DNA from: a virus
Reading direction: 5' to 3' (one strand)
DNA: 64,000 nucleotides
Virus record (IMG/VR): IMGVR_UViG_3300030503_000212
Span: 38,493 to 102,492 of that record
Shown here: positions 36,955 to 46,070 of the stretch, one piece after another
How the letters are laid out: every line of letters begins with the position of its first letter
Position numbering within the stretch: the first letter of the stretch is position 1
Program-made: the position numbers and the translations under genes
Notes under the pieces: generated by a model
Seen by the model: only the letters and a program-made list of their open reading frames with translations
Database searches by the model: none
Told to the model about the DNA's origin: nothing

Positions 36955-37292
36955 TGTATCTTTACATCTACAAAGTGGCTGCGTGTGAGGAGTACCATGA
37001 TGGCCTCTATGTTGTAGCAGCTGAAAGTGACGAGCGTGCCAGAGAGCTAATGCTTGAGCATGCTCGTATGGAATACGAAAAGGACGGTAGTGATTTTAAT
37101 CGTTGTTCGTACAATCCGTTACTGGATTTCTACATGACGGAGGCTGAGGCGGAGGCGAGCCCGCGCTGTAATGGTTATGATGATCCTGTTAGAAAAACAT
37201 GGCGTGGTCCGCGTTGGGTGTACCAGACCATGCTTACAGTTGCATTCGGTACGCTTGAGGGTGTTGTAGCTTACGCAGAACATGAGGGGTAA
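36951..37292 (+). CDS. hypothetical protein
   Basis: TGATG coupling. Confidence 0.55.
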   Translation: MMYLYIYKVAACEEYHDGLYVVAAESDERARELMLEHARMEYEKDGSDFNRCSYNPLLDFYMTEAEAEASPRCNGYDDPVRKTWRGPRWVYQTMLTVAFGTLEGVVAYAEHEG

Positions 37293-37294
37293 CG

Positions 37295-38128
37295 ATGTCT
37301 AGAAATACTGTTGTATTCAAATCCCAAATGTTAATGGGAGATGCAATTTATGTGTCAGCAGTAATTGGCCGATACATGCGTGAGAATCCAGAGGATCGAG
37401 TTATTATTGAAACGCTGGATGAGTACCCTAAAGAGGTTTACTCTTGGCTCCCGGGACGACCGGAGATCACATTTGCAACCGATACAGATTGCGATGTTCT
37501 TGTTGAATTTGATGTGACCGATGCCATGCACTCAGCAGTCAAAAAGGATCATGGTATCTGGCATGGGTTGGCCGACACAGCAAAGATCAGTGGCCTTTAC
37601 AGACCGCAGCTTACTGCCGATGACATCCCGATATTAAACATTCCGCGAGTTGAGATTCCTGAGCAGTGGAAAGGGGCATTCGTCATCTGCCCGTTTAGTC
37701 GCAGTTGTACGAGCCACCAGGGACAACCGCCCAATAAAACACTCCCTACAGCTACGTGGTTGCCTTTGCTGCGGTTTCTGCGTCGCCGGGGTAAGGTTCT
37801 ATTCGTTGGAGGACCCGACGACCGTATGCAGGGCTTTGCTATCGACGAATCCGAACGTATCGCCGGACTCCCACTTGTTATTGCAGCCAATGTGTTCAAA
37901 GAGGCACGCTGCATAATTAGTGTTGACAACGGACTAGCCAGAATATCGACACTAGTTGGAGCCAACACCGTTACGCTTATGCCGGAGTTCTTACCACTAG
38001 AGGTGTTTGCGCCTGCCAAATGGAACATAGGTAAGTCTCGCGTTGTCCAGATGACCTCTCAGATACCACCCTTGGCGTTTACAGCATCAATGAAACATCT
38101 ATTGCGGATCTACGCGGAGGTGTTGTAA
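37295..38128 (+). CDS. GT9-family (heptosyltransferase-like) glycosyltransferase
   Basis: LMGDAIYVSAVI, ICPFS...PNKTLP...W, IISVDNGLARISTLVGANTVTL. Confidence 0.85.
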   Translation: MSRNTVVFKSQMLMGDAIYVSAVIGRYMRENPEDRVIIETLDEYPKEVYSWLPGRPEITFATDTDCDVLVEFDVTDAMHSAVKKDHGIWHGLADTAKISGLYRPQLTADDIPILNIPRVEIPEQWKGAFVICPFSRSCTSHQGQPPNKTLPTATWLPLLRFLRRRGKVLFVGGPDDRMQGFAIDESERIAGLPLVIAANVFKEARCIISVDNGLARISTLVGANTVTLMPEFLPLEVFAPAKWNIGKSRVVQMTSQIPPLAFTASMKHLLRIYAEVL

Positions 38129-38328
38129 TGGAAACATCTCCCAGACCAAGCAGCCATGGTTCAGCACGTAAGACAGGTGTCAACGTGAGCGGTGTCTCAG
38201 CAAATTGTCGCCGCAAAGACTGTAGAGTGTGTAAGGGTATATGTAATTTTGCAGGTACTAGACAAGCGTGCGATTGCCGGTGTCACAAGAAAGTCAAACC
38301 TGCGGTAGAACTTGATCCTAATCTCTAA
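38128..38328 (+). CDS. Cys-rich peptide 1 ending CDCRCH...AVELDPNL
   Basis: TAATG coupling; shares its C-terminus with the next gene. Confidence 0.6.
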   Translation: METSPRPSSHGSARKTGVNVSGVSANCRRKDCRVCKGICNFAGTRQACDCRCHKKVKPAVELDPNL

Positions 38329-38331
38329 AAG

Positions 38332-38586
38332 GTGCTTATCTACATGCGACAATCAATGTCAACATTCTTGACCGGTTCTAGTCCATTGCGTGCAGCTATA
38401 TCGTCAGTAGGCGTTAGGGCTGGAATCTCTAAAAAGTGCCGGGCACGTGATAAGACCAAAGGTCAACACGCAAAATGCTCGGGCAAGTATCGTGGCGGCG
38501 ACAATCGTATCCATCAATGCCAATGCTCGTGTCATAGGATACAAATAAAGGCCGCTTGTGCTGTGGAGCTTGATCCGAATCTTTGA
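38332..38586 (+). CDS. Cys-rich peptide 2 ending CQCSCH...AVELDPNL
   Basis: Paralogous C-terminus; start may be internal. Confidence 0.6.
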   Translation: MLIYMRQSMSTFLTGSSPLRAAISSVGVRAGISKKCRARDKTKGQHAKCSGKYRGGDNRIHQCQCSCHRIQIKAACAVELDPNL

Positions 38587-38610
38587 GATACTGTTGAGCA
38601 TCGAATCATC

Positions 38611-38802
38611 ATGAGCATAAATATTCTTAGACACGGAAAAGCTCTGGATGATAAACGGTACGAATTTGATTGTTCTCGTTGCCATTGTAGGTTTACAGCT
38701 CACCGTGTAGACGGAGTTGTCGAATCTGATTATCGCAATGGGACAATGCTGAGGGTTACATGTCCGGAGTGTAAAAATTCCAACTGTTATGCGGATCTCT
38801 AA
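38611..38802 (+). CDS. zinc-ribbon small protein
   Basis: CSRCHC...TCPEC. Confidence 0.6.
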   Translation: MSINILRHGKALDDKRYEFDCSRCHCRFTAHRVDGVVESDYRNGTMLRVTCPECKNSNCYADL

Positions 38803-39068
38803 TGGCAGCTCAACTAACACAACTTGAACGGACGCGAGTTTATGTTGCGTTCAAGGCATGTCCCACATGCGGAGCGCATCGCGGAGAGATGTGTTTCAAG
38901 TTATCGAGGTTGGGTGTTCGTATCCCGTATAGACAGGGTTATCACTGGACACGTGGCCCTTATACCAGACGCTATCCATTGGATGGCAATTGGGAAAAGG
39001 AAAAAGCCCGCTATCAAAAATTGCGGCAACAGATCTTAGATCAGCGTGAGGTTATCGGTCATGAGTGA
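38802..39068 (+). CDS. zinc-finger small protein
   Basis: ACPTCGAHRGEMC...YH..R. Confidence 0.6.
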   Translation: MAAQLTQLERTRVYVAFKACPTCGAHRGEMCFKLSRLGVRIPYRQGYHWTRGPYTRRYPLDGNWEKEKARYQKLRQQILDQREVIGHE

Positions 39069-39498
39069 TGGTTCAGTAGAAAGTAATGACGACCGCAATG
39101 GTCTGCTGGAGAAAACCGCCCGGGAGAAAGACTGTGAGATTGTGTTGCCTAAGGACAATGAGCTACAGCTGGACCTTGACAGCAAACAGGCACTCAGAGA
39201 GTTTCGTGAAACGTGGCTTATATGCTGCGACGCACCTGTGTTCAAAAATGCAAAGCTCACGTGGTGGAGATCCTCAGGCGGAAATGTTCATGTGGTAATC
39301 GCATTGGCGAGTAAATTACCACTTACTGTTGAGGATCGTATTCGTTGGCAGACAAGACTGGGCAGCGATCCAGTTCGAGACCGTGTAAGCCTCCAGCGTG
39401 TCGAATACGGTCACGACCGGCCAGTAGCACTCCTCAGGCCGCGAAATGCTGTTGTAAAGGATTTGGTAATCCGTCAACAACAAGTCAATATTGAATAG
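39046..39498 (+). CDS. small AEP (primase-polymerase)-fold-like protein
   Basis: LQLDLD (DxD), RSSGGNVHV (SxxxxH), LGSDP.RD. Confidence 0.55.
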   Translation: MRLSVMSDGSVESNDDRNGLLEKTAREKDCEIVLPKDNELQLDLDSKQALREFRETWLICCDAPVFKNAKLTWWRSSGGNVHVVIALASKLPLTVEDRIRWQTRLGSDPVRDRVSLQRVEYGHDRPVALLRPRNAVVKDLVIRQQQVNIE

Positions 39499-39531
39499 AA
39501 TCAACTACTTACAGGTAGACGTATGAGAGTG

Positions 39532-39548
39532 TTGACATCTAATGTCAA
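39532..39548. promoter_or_regulatory. perfect inverted repeat TTGACA-N5-TGTCAA upstream of portal
   Basis: Read directly; ends 10 bp before the portal GTG. Confidence 0.5.
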
Positions 39549-39557
39549 GATTCTTTT

Positions 39558-41555
39558 GTGTTTACGTTACTCAAACGACTGCATCAGGCTTTCACCTCTC
39601 GCGTTACGGCGTATTTCCGTAAGCGTGAGATTGTGCGTGTGCTGAGAGCAACGCACATGGTGGAGCTGGCACAGACGCCGGTGCATCGACATCCCCAGCT
39701 CATAGCTCAACAGCGCCATGAAATTGAGGGAATACGAGCTGGGAAACTACCACTCGTGAATCGCCGGACATTAGCCAATACAGGCTTGCCGATCACGTTC
39801 ACACGCATCAATGCTCCGGTAGCAAAACAAACTCCGTTATCGATGCGCCGATTCTCCCGCACGCCAGTACCATCACGGGCGATCAATCTAGTTAAGGCAG
39901 GCTTGCTTGGATTGAATTGGGAGATCCGGGCGATTGAGGGTAAGGCTAATCCTGATAATCCGGATGTCAAGGCTCGCATCAATATTGCGACCGACTGCAT
40001 GAACAAGCCGAACGATGACGATTCGTTTCGCACGTGGATCGAACAGGTGCTCAACGACTATCTGATCTTTGGTATGGGTTGCACTGAAACCCAGGCGAAT
40101 CCATTTGACAATCGTCCTGTCAAAATGTGGGCCGTTGACGGCAACACTATTCAGATTGTTGGTCAATGGAAAGAGTCTGAGAAAGACATTCTGCCGCGTT
40201 ACGTGCAGCAGCTCCCCTACACGACAGCCACGAATCAAGGTGTGATGCTGTTCGATGACGAGTTGATGTGTATTCGTGACAACATCGCTACAGACTCACC
40301 ATTTGGTTTTGGATGCTTAGAGATTGCCTATAAGTGCATTGCGGATTTGTTAGGAGCTCAACGTCAGGCGGGTAACGCAGCGTCGGACCAGCTGGGCAGG
40401 AGTATTTTCTGGTGGTCTGGAGCTGTAGCCCCGCAGGCAATGACGGATCTGCGCGATTACATCCAAGGTGAGCTTGAGGGTGCAGCTCGTTTGGGTATGA
40501 TTGGCGGTGCTCCCAAGCCCGATCTGATCGAGACGAATCCAACGCAACCCAATGACTTACTGTTGCCGTGGCATGAAATGCTAATCCGGATGATTGGCAA
40601 CTCATTCAATCTGTCTGGTATGGCGTTGGGTATCGAGCGCGATGTCAACAGAAATACAGGCGAAGTTCTTGATGACAAGGATTTTCGCTCAGCAGTAGTT
40701 CCGGTAGCCAAGCGTTTCCAAGAGGCGATTACACGTCGCATTATTCACGTCAAAATGGGTTGGGATGACCTTGAGCTTGTGTTCAAGGGTACCGAAGATC
40801 CTGACATGGAAACGAAGCTCGCTATCCAGCAGGCACGGTATCAGGCAAATGCTATGACTGGGAACGACATGAATGTAGAGATGGGCTATAAGAAAATCGA
40901 CAGCCCATTTGCAGACATCACGAGCATTGAGTGCCAATTCTTGATGGCCTACATCGCCAAGCTGCCTGCTCAGGTCAATCCTAATGCGCCACCAATGCTC
41001 CCAGGCGGGCCGGGACAGCCTCCAATGGGACAGCCTCCAATGGGCCAGCCTGCTCCCGGTGGAGGTGGATTCAAGCCCAAGCCGCCTGTGGGCGTTAAAC
41101 AGCTCAGTCTGCCTAAGCCCGGACCTCTCAAGCTGCCTATGAGTGCGAATGAATTGCTGGGAATGAACAAGACGTATCTGCGAGCACTACAGTACGCCAG
41201 TGTGTTGCCGAAATCGTCTATCGTTCTGGCTGATGCAATGGAGGCCGATCAGCCCGGTGTGCTCAAGGAACTTTCTGATGAGGTGTGGGACTATTTCGAG
41301 GAGTTGGCAGAGCGCGAGATCGACAAGAGTAAGTCGCGTAAGGCTACGCTCAGTAAAAAGTGGACGGACTTGGCTAAAAAGCGTTATGGTAGGGATGCAA
41401 AGCGGTATAAGAATCTCCACGAGCATGGTGGGTTCTTTGGATTACCGTTGAGCAGTGCTGCTGCATCCTCTCCCGTGAAAGCTCCCCGTAAAGTTGGCAA
41501 TCGTCAACAAATTGGTGGGCGTCAAAAGAAAGTCAAAACGGGATTGAGGTACTAA
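39558..41555 (+). CDS. portal protein with Pro-rich and basic C-terminal extension
   Basis: Position before protease/capsid; NKPNDDDSFRTWIEQVLNDYLIFGMG, VDGNTI, FGFGCLE portal-like motifs. Confidence 0.88.
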   Translation: MFTLLKRLHQAFTSRVTAYFRKREIVRVLRATHMVELAQTPVHRHPQLIAQQRHEIEGIRAGKLPLVNRRTLANTGLPITFTRINAPVAKQTPLSMRRFSRTPVPSRAINLVKAGLLGLNWEIRAIEGKANPDNPDVKARINIATDCMNKPNDDDSFRTWIEQVLNDYLIFGMGCTETQANPFDNRPVKMWAVDGNTIQIVGQWKESEKDILPRYVQQLPYTTATNQGVMLFDDELMCIRDNIATDSPFGFGCLEIAYKCIADLLGAQRQAGNAASDQLGRSIFWWSGAVAPQAMTDLRDYIQGELEGAARLGMIGGAPKPDLIETNPTQPNDLLLPWHEMLIRMIGNSFNLSGMALGIERDVNRNTGEVLDDKDFRSAVVPVAKRFQEAITRRIIHVKMGWDDLELVFKGTEDPDMETKLAIQQARYQANAMTGNDMNVEMGYKKIDSPFADITSIECQFLMAYIAKLPAQVNPNAPPMLPGGPGQPPMGQPPMGQPAPGGGGFKPKPPVGVKQLSLPKPGPLKLPMSANELLGMNKTYLRALQYASVLPKSSIVLADAMEADQPGVLKELSDEVWDYFEELAEREIDKSKSRKATLSKKWTDLAKKRYGRDAKRYKNLHEHGGFFGLPLSSAAASSPVKAPRKVGNRQQIGGRQKKVKTGLRY

Positions 41556-41556
41556 G

Positions 41557-43062
41557 ATGGCCAAGCTCATCACAATGTTGCGGGCACAAACCAGAACCTC
41601 AGGACTTACTATTGAGGCTGATGCGGCGCATCCCAATAAGCTCAAGTTTAAGGGCATATTAACGCGTTTAGACGAACCCAGCACCAAGCCTCCTCAGGGT
41701 TCGATGGAACATCTTATTCAGATGCCCTCGGATGTTGCCAAAAAGCGTCTAGAGACGTTGATTGGCATGGGTGTCAACTATGCGGAAAATCTGGATGCCC
41801 ATGAGATCACACATAAGGTTGGCGTGATTGAAAAGGCATGGATCAAGGGCAACGCGTTATGGGTATCCGGTTATGTTTGGGTCGGGGACTTTCCCGATGC
41901 CGAAAAAGTTTTGTCGACTAAAGGACTAGGTATGTCTATGGAGTTGACACACGTGCTGGTGGAGGACAGAGATGCGGACCCTTGGGTTCTCAAAGACTTT
42001 GTTTTCACAGGAGCAACTTTCTTGCGTAAGACGAATGCCGCGTACTTCGATACTGAGGCTATTGCGGCATCCGCCTCTACATCAATTTTCATTACGACGG
42101 AGGCAGCGATGCCCAAGACGAATGCAACCACCCGTGCAGGCAGCAAAAAGCCTGTAATCAAATTGTCTGCTCAGGAGATCAAGCTCGCCAATCTTACGGC
42201 GGCGTCGGCCTCTGCGAGCATTACCAAGGCGCTAGGCACTCCGCTGGCATCGATTGCAGCCAGCCTCGACCGCAGCAACAAGGTTAACGAGGAGATCCTG
42301 GCACGCCTCAATGCCGAGGGCGACGATGAGGATGACGACGATACCATGGCCTCCGGAGACGGGGACGATGATGATAACGACGTTCTCGACGAAAAAGGCA
42401 CAAAGGTAAAAGCAGGCAAGAAAAAGCCTGCCAAAAAGGACGACGACGATTCGGATGACGACTTCGACGAGGACGAGGATGATCCGGACGGCGACGATGA
42501 CGACGATGAGGATGACGACGATGTCGATTCGTCCAATGCGCTTGTTGACGCTGCCACTGAAACCGGCACTGACCCCGATGCCGGGGATTGCGATGAACCG
42601 GGCCACGTGAACGAGGATGCTGAGGATCGTGGCAACACCACGACTCTTGAGGACAAACAGGGGCCGATCAAGAGTGCCAAAATGGCAGCTGCCAAGTACA
42701 AAAAGGCAGCTGGCAAGTGGAAAACCAAAGCGCTCAAGTTCTCTGGGCTTGCGAAGTCGTTACAGGCAGAGAATGCTCGTCTGCGGGCCAAGGCTGAGGC
42801 TGCTGGTACCAAGGTGTCGGCTGCGAGCCGTGAGGCTGTACGGCAGACTTTGACATCATCGGCGCTGACGATCCTCACAAAGAACGGTATGGACGCGGGC
42901 GATCTGCGGGCCTCGGGTCAGGCGCTCTCGACAGAGGAAGTCGACGCCATGCTCAAGAACCTGCCGCATCCTCTGGAGGTTGAGGATCGCATTGCATTCA
43001 AGCGCGAGCTACAGGCAGCTGGGCTCATGGTTGTCACCGCAGCTCGTAAGACTCGTGCGTAG
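41557..43062 (+). CDS. prohead protease-scaffold fusion
   Basis: N-domain HEITHKVGVI...LWVSGYVW...GMSMEL (His/Ser of HK97/assemblin-like proteases); Asp-rich linker; C-terminal coiled coil. Confidence 0.85.
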   Translation: MAKLITMLRAQTRTSGLTIEADAAHPNKLKFKGILTRLDEPSTKPPQGSMEHLIQMPSDVAKKRLETLIGMGVNYAENLDAHEITHKVGVIEKAWIKGNALWVSGYVWVGDFPDAEKVLSTKGLGMSMELTHVLVEDRDADPWVLKDFVFTGATFLRKTNAAYFDTEAIAASASTSIFITTEAAMPKTNATTRAGSKKPVIKLSAQEIKLANLTAASASASITKALGTPLASIAASLDRSNKVNEEILARLNAEGDDEDDDDTMASGDGDDDDNDVLDEKGTKVKAGKKKPAKKDDDDSDDDFDEDEDDPDGDDDDDEDDDDVDSSNALVDAATETGTDPDAGDCDEPGHVNEDAEDRGNTTTLEDKQGPIKSAKMAAAKYKKAAGKWKTKALKFSGLAKSLQAENARLRAKAEAAGTKVSAASREAVRQTLTSSALTILTKNGMDAGDLRASGQALSTEEVDAMLKNLPHPLEVEDRIAFKRELQAAGLMVVTAARKTRA

Positions 43063-43128
43063 TATCCCACTACTCTTACTTGTGAACTTTCTGTTGTAAG
43101 CAACACAAATTCGAGAAAGGTGGGATAC
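43062..43128 (+). promoter_or_regulatory. structured intergenic leader of the capsid gene
   Basis: GTATCCCAC (43062-70) pairs with GTGGGATAC (43120-28) over the RBS; inner TGTTG-TAAG-CAACA hairpin. Confidence 0.5.
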
Positions 43129-43134
43129 CCCATC

Positions 43135-44142
43135 ATGAGCAAAGCAATGTTTATAGACCGCATGAGTGCGGCGGCTACGTACCTGGGGCCGGGCGTGATC
43201 GAAGTCGATTCGTATCAGACTGAGATTACCGACCTTGTACGCCGTCGTTTCCAGTTCGGACAGCGCATCAAGCAGACTCGGGCAACCGGCCAGCCGTCGC
43301 GTTATTTCGAGCAGTTCACCATTCCGCTCGGTGAATTTACCAACCCACGGCAGATCGTCAGCGAGGCAGCTCAGCCGTCGCGTGGTGAGCGTGCCCTGAA
43401 CCTGAAGGCCATCGTTTCGGCGATGAATTTCAGCTTGTTCGATGTTGAGGTAACGCAGCAGCAGGGTGAGTTTCAGGGCTTGCAGGCCAAGGATCTTACG
43501 GACCTCGTGAACGGCGTCATGTACACACATGATCTCGCTCTCTGGGCCGGTAATGACACCGATCTGCTTGCGAACACCACCACACAGTATGTGGGCTGTT
43601 CGGGACAGATCCTGCGTGGCGCTGAGTTGGCTAACATCGGCAACGGTGTGACCACGATCACGCCTGTAACCGGTTCCGGCATCGTGTCGGGAGCTTCGTC
43701 CATCGTCGATCAGATCAAGACTTACATTGCATCCATGGTGGCACGTGAGGATTACGAGGTGCTGCCTACCAGCATCTATGCAAATCCTCTCACCTGCGAT
43801 CAGTTGGATCGTGAGGCCAAGCTGCTCAACCTGAACGTGGATAAGGTTCAGATCACTCCCGGTCTGGTGGTTACGGCCATCATGACGCAGGCGGGTTTGA
43901 TTCCGATCATCCCCGATGCATCGATCAAGGTGTTCCCCCAGGGCAACGGCACGTTCCTGCACACGTTCTTTGTCACGACAGACAACATGATCGAGTACCA
44001 CTACCTGACTGATCCAAATCCCCGTGTATTCCAGCTGGGACTGACGGGTAACTTGGGTGGTTCGTTCTCCGTCGTGAAGTTCGGAGCGCCGGTTGTTAAG
44101 GGTGCTCCGTATGCTCACGGCGCACTAATCATGATTCGGTAA
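43135..44142 (+). CDS. major capsid protein (HK97-fold inferred)
   Basis: Follows protease/scaffold; about 335 aa; strongly biased codons; followed by hairpin. Confidence 0.85.
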   Translation: MSKAMFIDRMSAAATYLGPGVIEVDSYQTEITDLVRRRFQFGQRIKQTRATGQPSRYFEQFTIPLGEFTNPRQIVSEAAQPSRGERALNLKAIVSAMNFSLFDVEVTQQQGEFQGLQAKDLTDLVNGVMYTHDLALWAGNDTDLLANTTTQYVGCSGQILRGAELANIGNGVTTITPVTGSGIVSGASSIVDQIKTYIASMVAREDYEVLPTSIYANPLTCDQLDREAKLLNLNVDKVQITPGLVVTAIMTQAGLIPIIPDASIKVFPQGNGTFLHTFFVTTDNMIEYHYLTDPNPRVFQLGLTGNLGGSFSVVKFGAPVVKGAPYAHGALIMIR

Positions 44143-44164
44143 AGCGAGTCGTGAATTACTTGTG

Positions 44165-44195
44165 ATGCCGGGTGGGTTAGTTTCCTGCCCGGCAT
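44165..44195 (+). terminator. hairpin after the capsid gene
   Basis: ATGCCGGG...CCCGGCAT stem with short U-tract, followed by motif copy 44198-44210. Confidence 0.55.
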
Positions 44196-44223
44196 TTCAA
44201 CAATAAGTTGGAATGAGATTATT

Positions 44224-45063
44224 ATGCCCGCTGACAACTTTCAACCGCTGTATCTGACACAAGGTGAGCTGGGAACATTCGGCTTGCCATCTCCTTGTCA
44301 GACCGCGAACATCATGACGTTGGTTGCAGCGGCAAGTACGGCAATTGATGTGTTTTGTCAGAAACAGGATTCAGATGGTTACGGCTCTTTGGTCTATTCG
44401 ACGTATACCGACATCGTGCCGATCAAGCGCAACAGCATACCTACGGTATTTCGGATCACCAAGCGGCCTATGGCAGCAGTTTCTGCTATCGATCTTGCGA
44501 TGATAGTGTCCTCAGGTTCAGTGTTTGCCAGTTCGGCGACTGGTGCTATGGCAGATTTACAGCCGTACGACAATGGGGCCATAGCGTCGACGCAGACGCC
44601 CCTCAATACAGACCTTACGGGCGGTCTATGCTCGATCATAGCCATCTCAGGCAGGTTTGCTCCTACACGCCCAAGCCAAGTTCCAGAGATGCCCTTGAAT
44701 TACATCAATCCCCTTGCGATAGGCGGTCTATATGGTGGTGTACCTCTTTGGTTTGCTCTTGACCCTACACTCTGTGACTATGACCCGAAAATGGGCCGAA
44801 TCATGGCTCCATCCGGTCTCTATTTCACTCAGTTTAGCGAGATGTCCGTCACCTATACCTCAGGGTTCAATCCGTTTGCCATGCCGCGCAACATCAAACA
44901 GGCTTGCGCTAATATCGTCCAGAATATGCTTACCAAACCAATCCCGGGCGTTACAGCGGCAACGTATTCGCAGGCGGCGATGAGCTTGCAGTTCTCAAAG
45001 ACGTACATCGACGACTGGACATGCATGCTGCTGCGTCCATATGTCAACACTATTTACGGTTAG
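44224..45063 (+). CDS. head-tail connector (gp6-like) with insertion
   Basis: AASTAIDVFC N-terminus; VTYTSGF...PRNIKQACANIV C-terminus. Confidence 0.75.
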   Translation: MPADNFQPLYLTQGELGTFGLPSPCQTANIMTLVAAASTAIDVFCQKQDSDGYGSLVYSTYTDIVPIKRNSIPTVFRITKRPMAAVSAIDLAMIVSSGSVFASSATGAMADLQPYDNGAIASTQTPLNTDLTGGLCSIIAISGRFAPTRPSQVPEMPLNYINPLAIGGLYGGVPLWFALDPTLCDYDPKMGRIMAPSGLYFTQFSEMSVTYTSGFNPFAMPRNIKQACANIVQNMLTKPIPGVTAATYSQAAMSLQFSKTYIDDWTCMLLRPYVNTIYG

Positions 45064-45072
45064 GACTTACTG

Positions 45073-45555
45073 ATGAGTTCATGTCCAATAGTCTCGTACG
45101 GAATACAAGCGATGCTGGATGCATCACTTACTGTTGCGGGTACTGGCTTGCCTGTGTACTACCGGGTTAAGAATGCACCACCCACAACAAATACAGCGGC
45201 TCAGGAGCATGGGTTCACGACATCAGCAGCAGTAGGCATAGGGGGTACGACCGATATCCTGATTAACCCACAACCATCGGTAAATGCAGTGTCGATGTTC
45301 AATATTGCTCAGAGTATGGGAAAGTTGAATGCTGAGTCCAAACAGTTTGTGATCTCGGACACGTTCGTAGATTTCATCCTAGCCAAGTATCCGGGGTTGA
45401 TTGCCCAAGCCGATAACGTTTGGGATGGGTTCAATCAATTTGTAGGGCTTGTGTATAGCAACAGGCTTTACAATGTCGTTAGCTATGCCAGCAAGCAAAT
45501 TGCCGGATCATCAGTAAGTTGGATTTTACGCTGTAGCGCAACTGGGCAAGAGTAA
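45073..45555 (+). CDS. head closure/neck protein
   Basis: Synteny; beta-rich. Confidence 0.6.
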   Translation: MSSCPIVSYGIQAMLDASLTVAGTGLPVYYRVKNAPPTTNTAAQEHGFTTSAAVGIGGTTDILINPQPSVNAVSMFNIAQSMGKLNAESKQFVISDTFVDFILAKYPGLIAQADNVWDGFNQFVGLVYSNRLYNVVSYASKQIAGSSVSWILRCSATGQE

Positions 45556-45560
45556 GTTGC

Positions 45561-45812
45561 TTGCTGGAGGTAGGGATGAAAGATACATTGAATGTTCTAG
45601 ATTATGTGGTGGTCAAAACCCATATTCCTGGGTGCGGAGCCCAGATCACAAATGCCCAGATTGTAGCCCGTGATGGCGATAAACTTTCTGTTGTCGCAAT
45701 GGGCTCTAAAGATGTTCGTGAGGTGTCAGCGGCGAACGTAGAGTCGTATAAATCTGTGTACGGGACATCGGTGCCGACACCCGGCGCTCGTCCCCTCGTA
45801 AAGCAATACTAA
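45561..45812 (+). CDS. small hypothetical protein
   Basis: Within the neck module; start may be ATG 45577. Confidence 0.55.
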   Translation: MLEVGMKDTLNVLDYVVVKTHIPGCGAQITNAQIVARDGDKLSVVAMGSKDVREVSAANVESYKSVYGTSVPTPGARPLVKQY

Positions 45813-45835
45813 GTCAACTCACAGGAGAAACCACC

Positions 45836-46066
45836 ATGGCAGTTCTTACGCCCCTCAAGAATCTTGCAGCCCCTACCGCGCTGACAATCGCTCAGAGCAA
45901 CAACATCAACGGTCCCATCGGGGACGTACCCGGCATGATCCTGCTGGCTGTTGAACAGACCGAGGAACTCATTATCCTGCTCCAGAACATCGAGGCCCTC
46001 ACGGATTCGACAGCTCCCGATCCTAACCTTGCGGTATTGACTGCCGCGATTACCAACCTGGGATAA
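45836..46066 (+). CDS. small virion-associated protein
   Basis: CAGGAG RBS; high-expression-type codons. Confidence 0.6.
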   Translation: MAVLTPLKNLAAPTALTIAQSNNINGPIGDVPGMILLAVEQTEELIILLQNIEALTDSTAPDPNLAVLTAAITNLG

Positions 46067-46070
46067 TCCT

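Noticed and set aside
42322-42530. GAC/GAT-rich repeats as a DNA tandem repeat
   Set aside because: Explained by the poly-Asp linker of the scaffold protein
41871-44118. Long antisense ORFs opposite scaffold and capsid (42171..42878, 43009..44118) and similar ones opposite the tape measure
   Set aside because: Shadows of biased codon usage and low-complexity Asp/Glu or Ala/Gly tracts; no RBS or recognisable motifs
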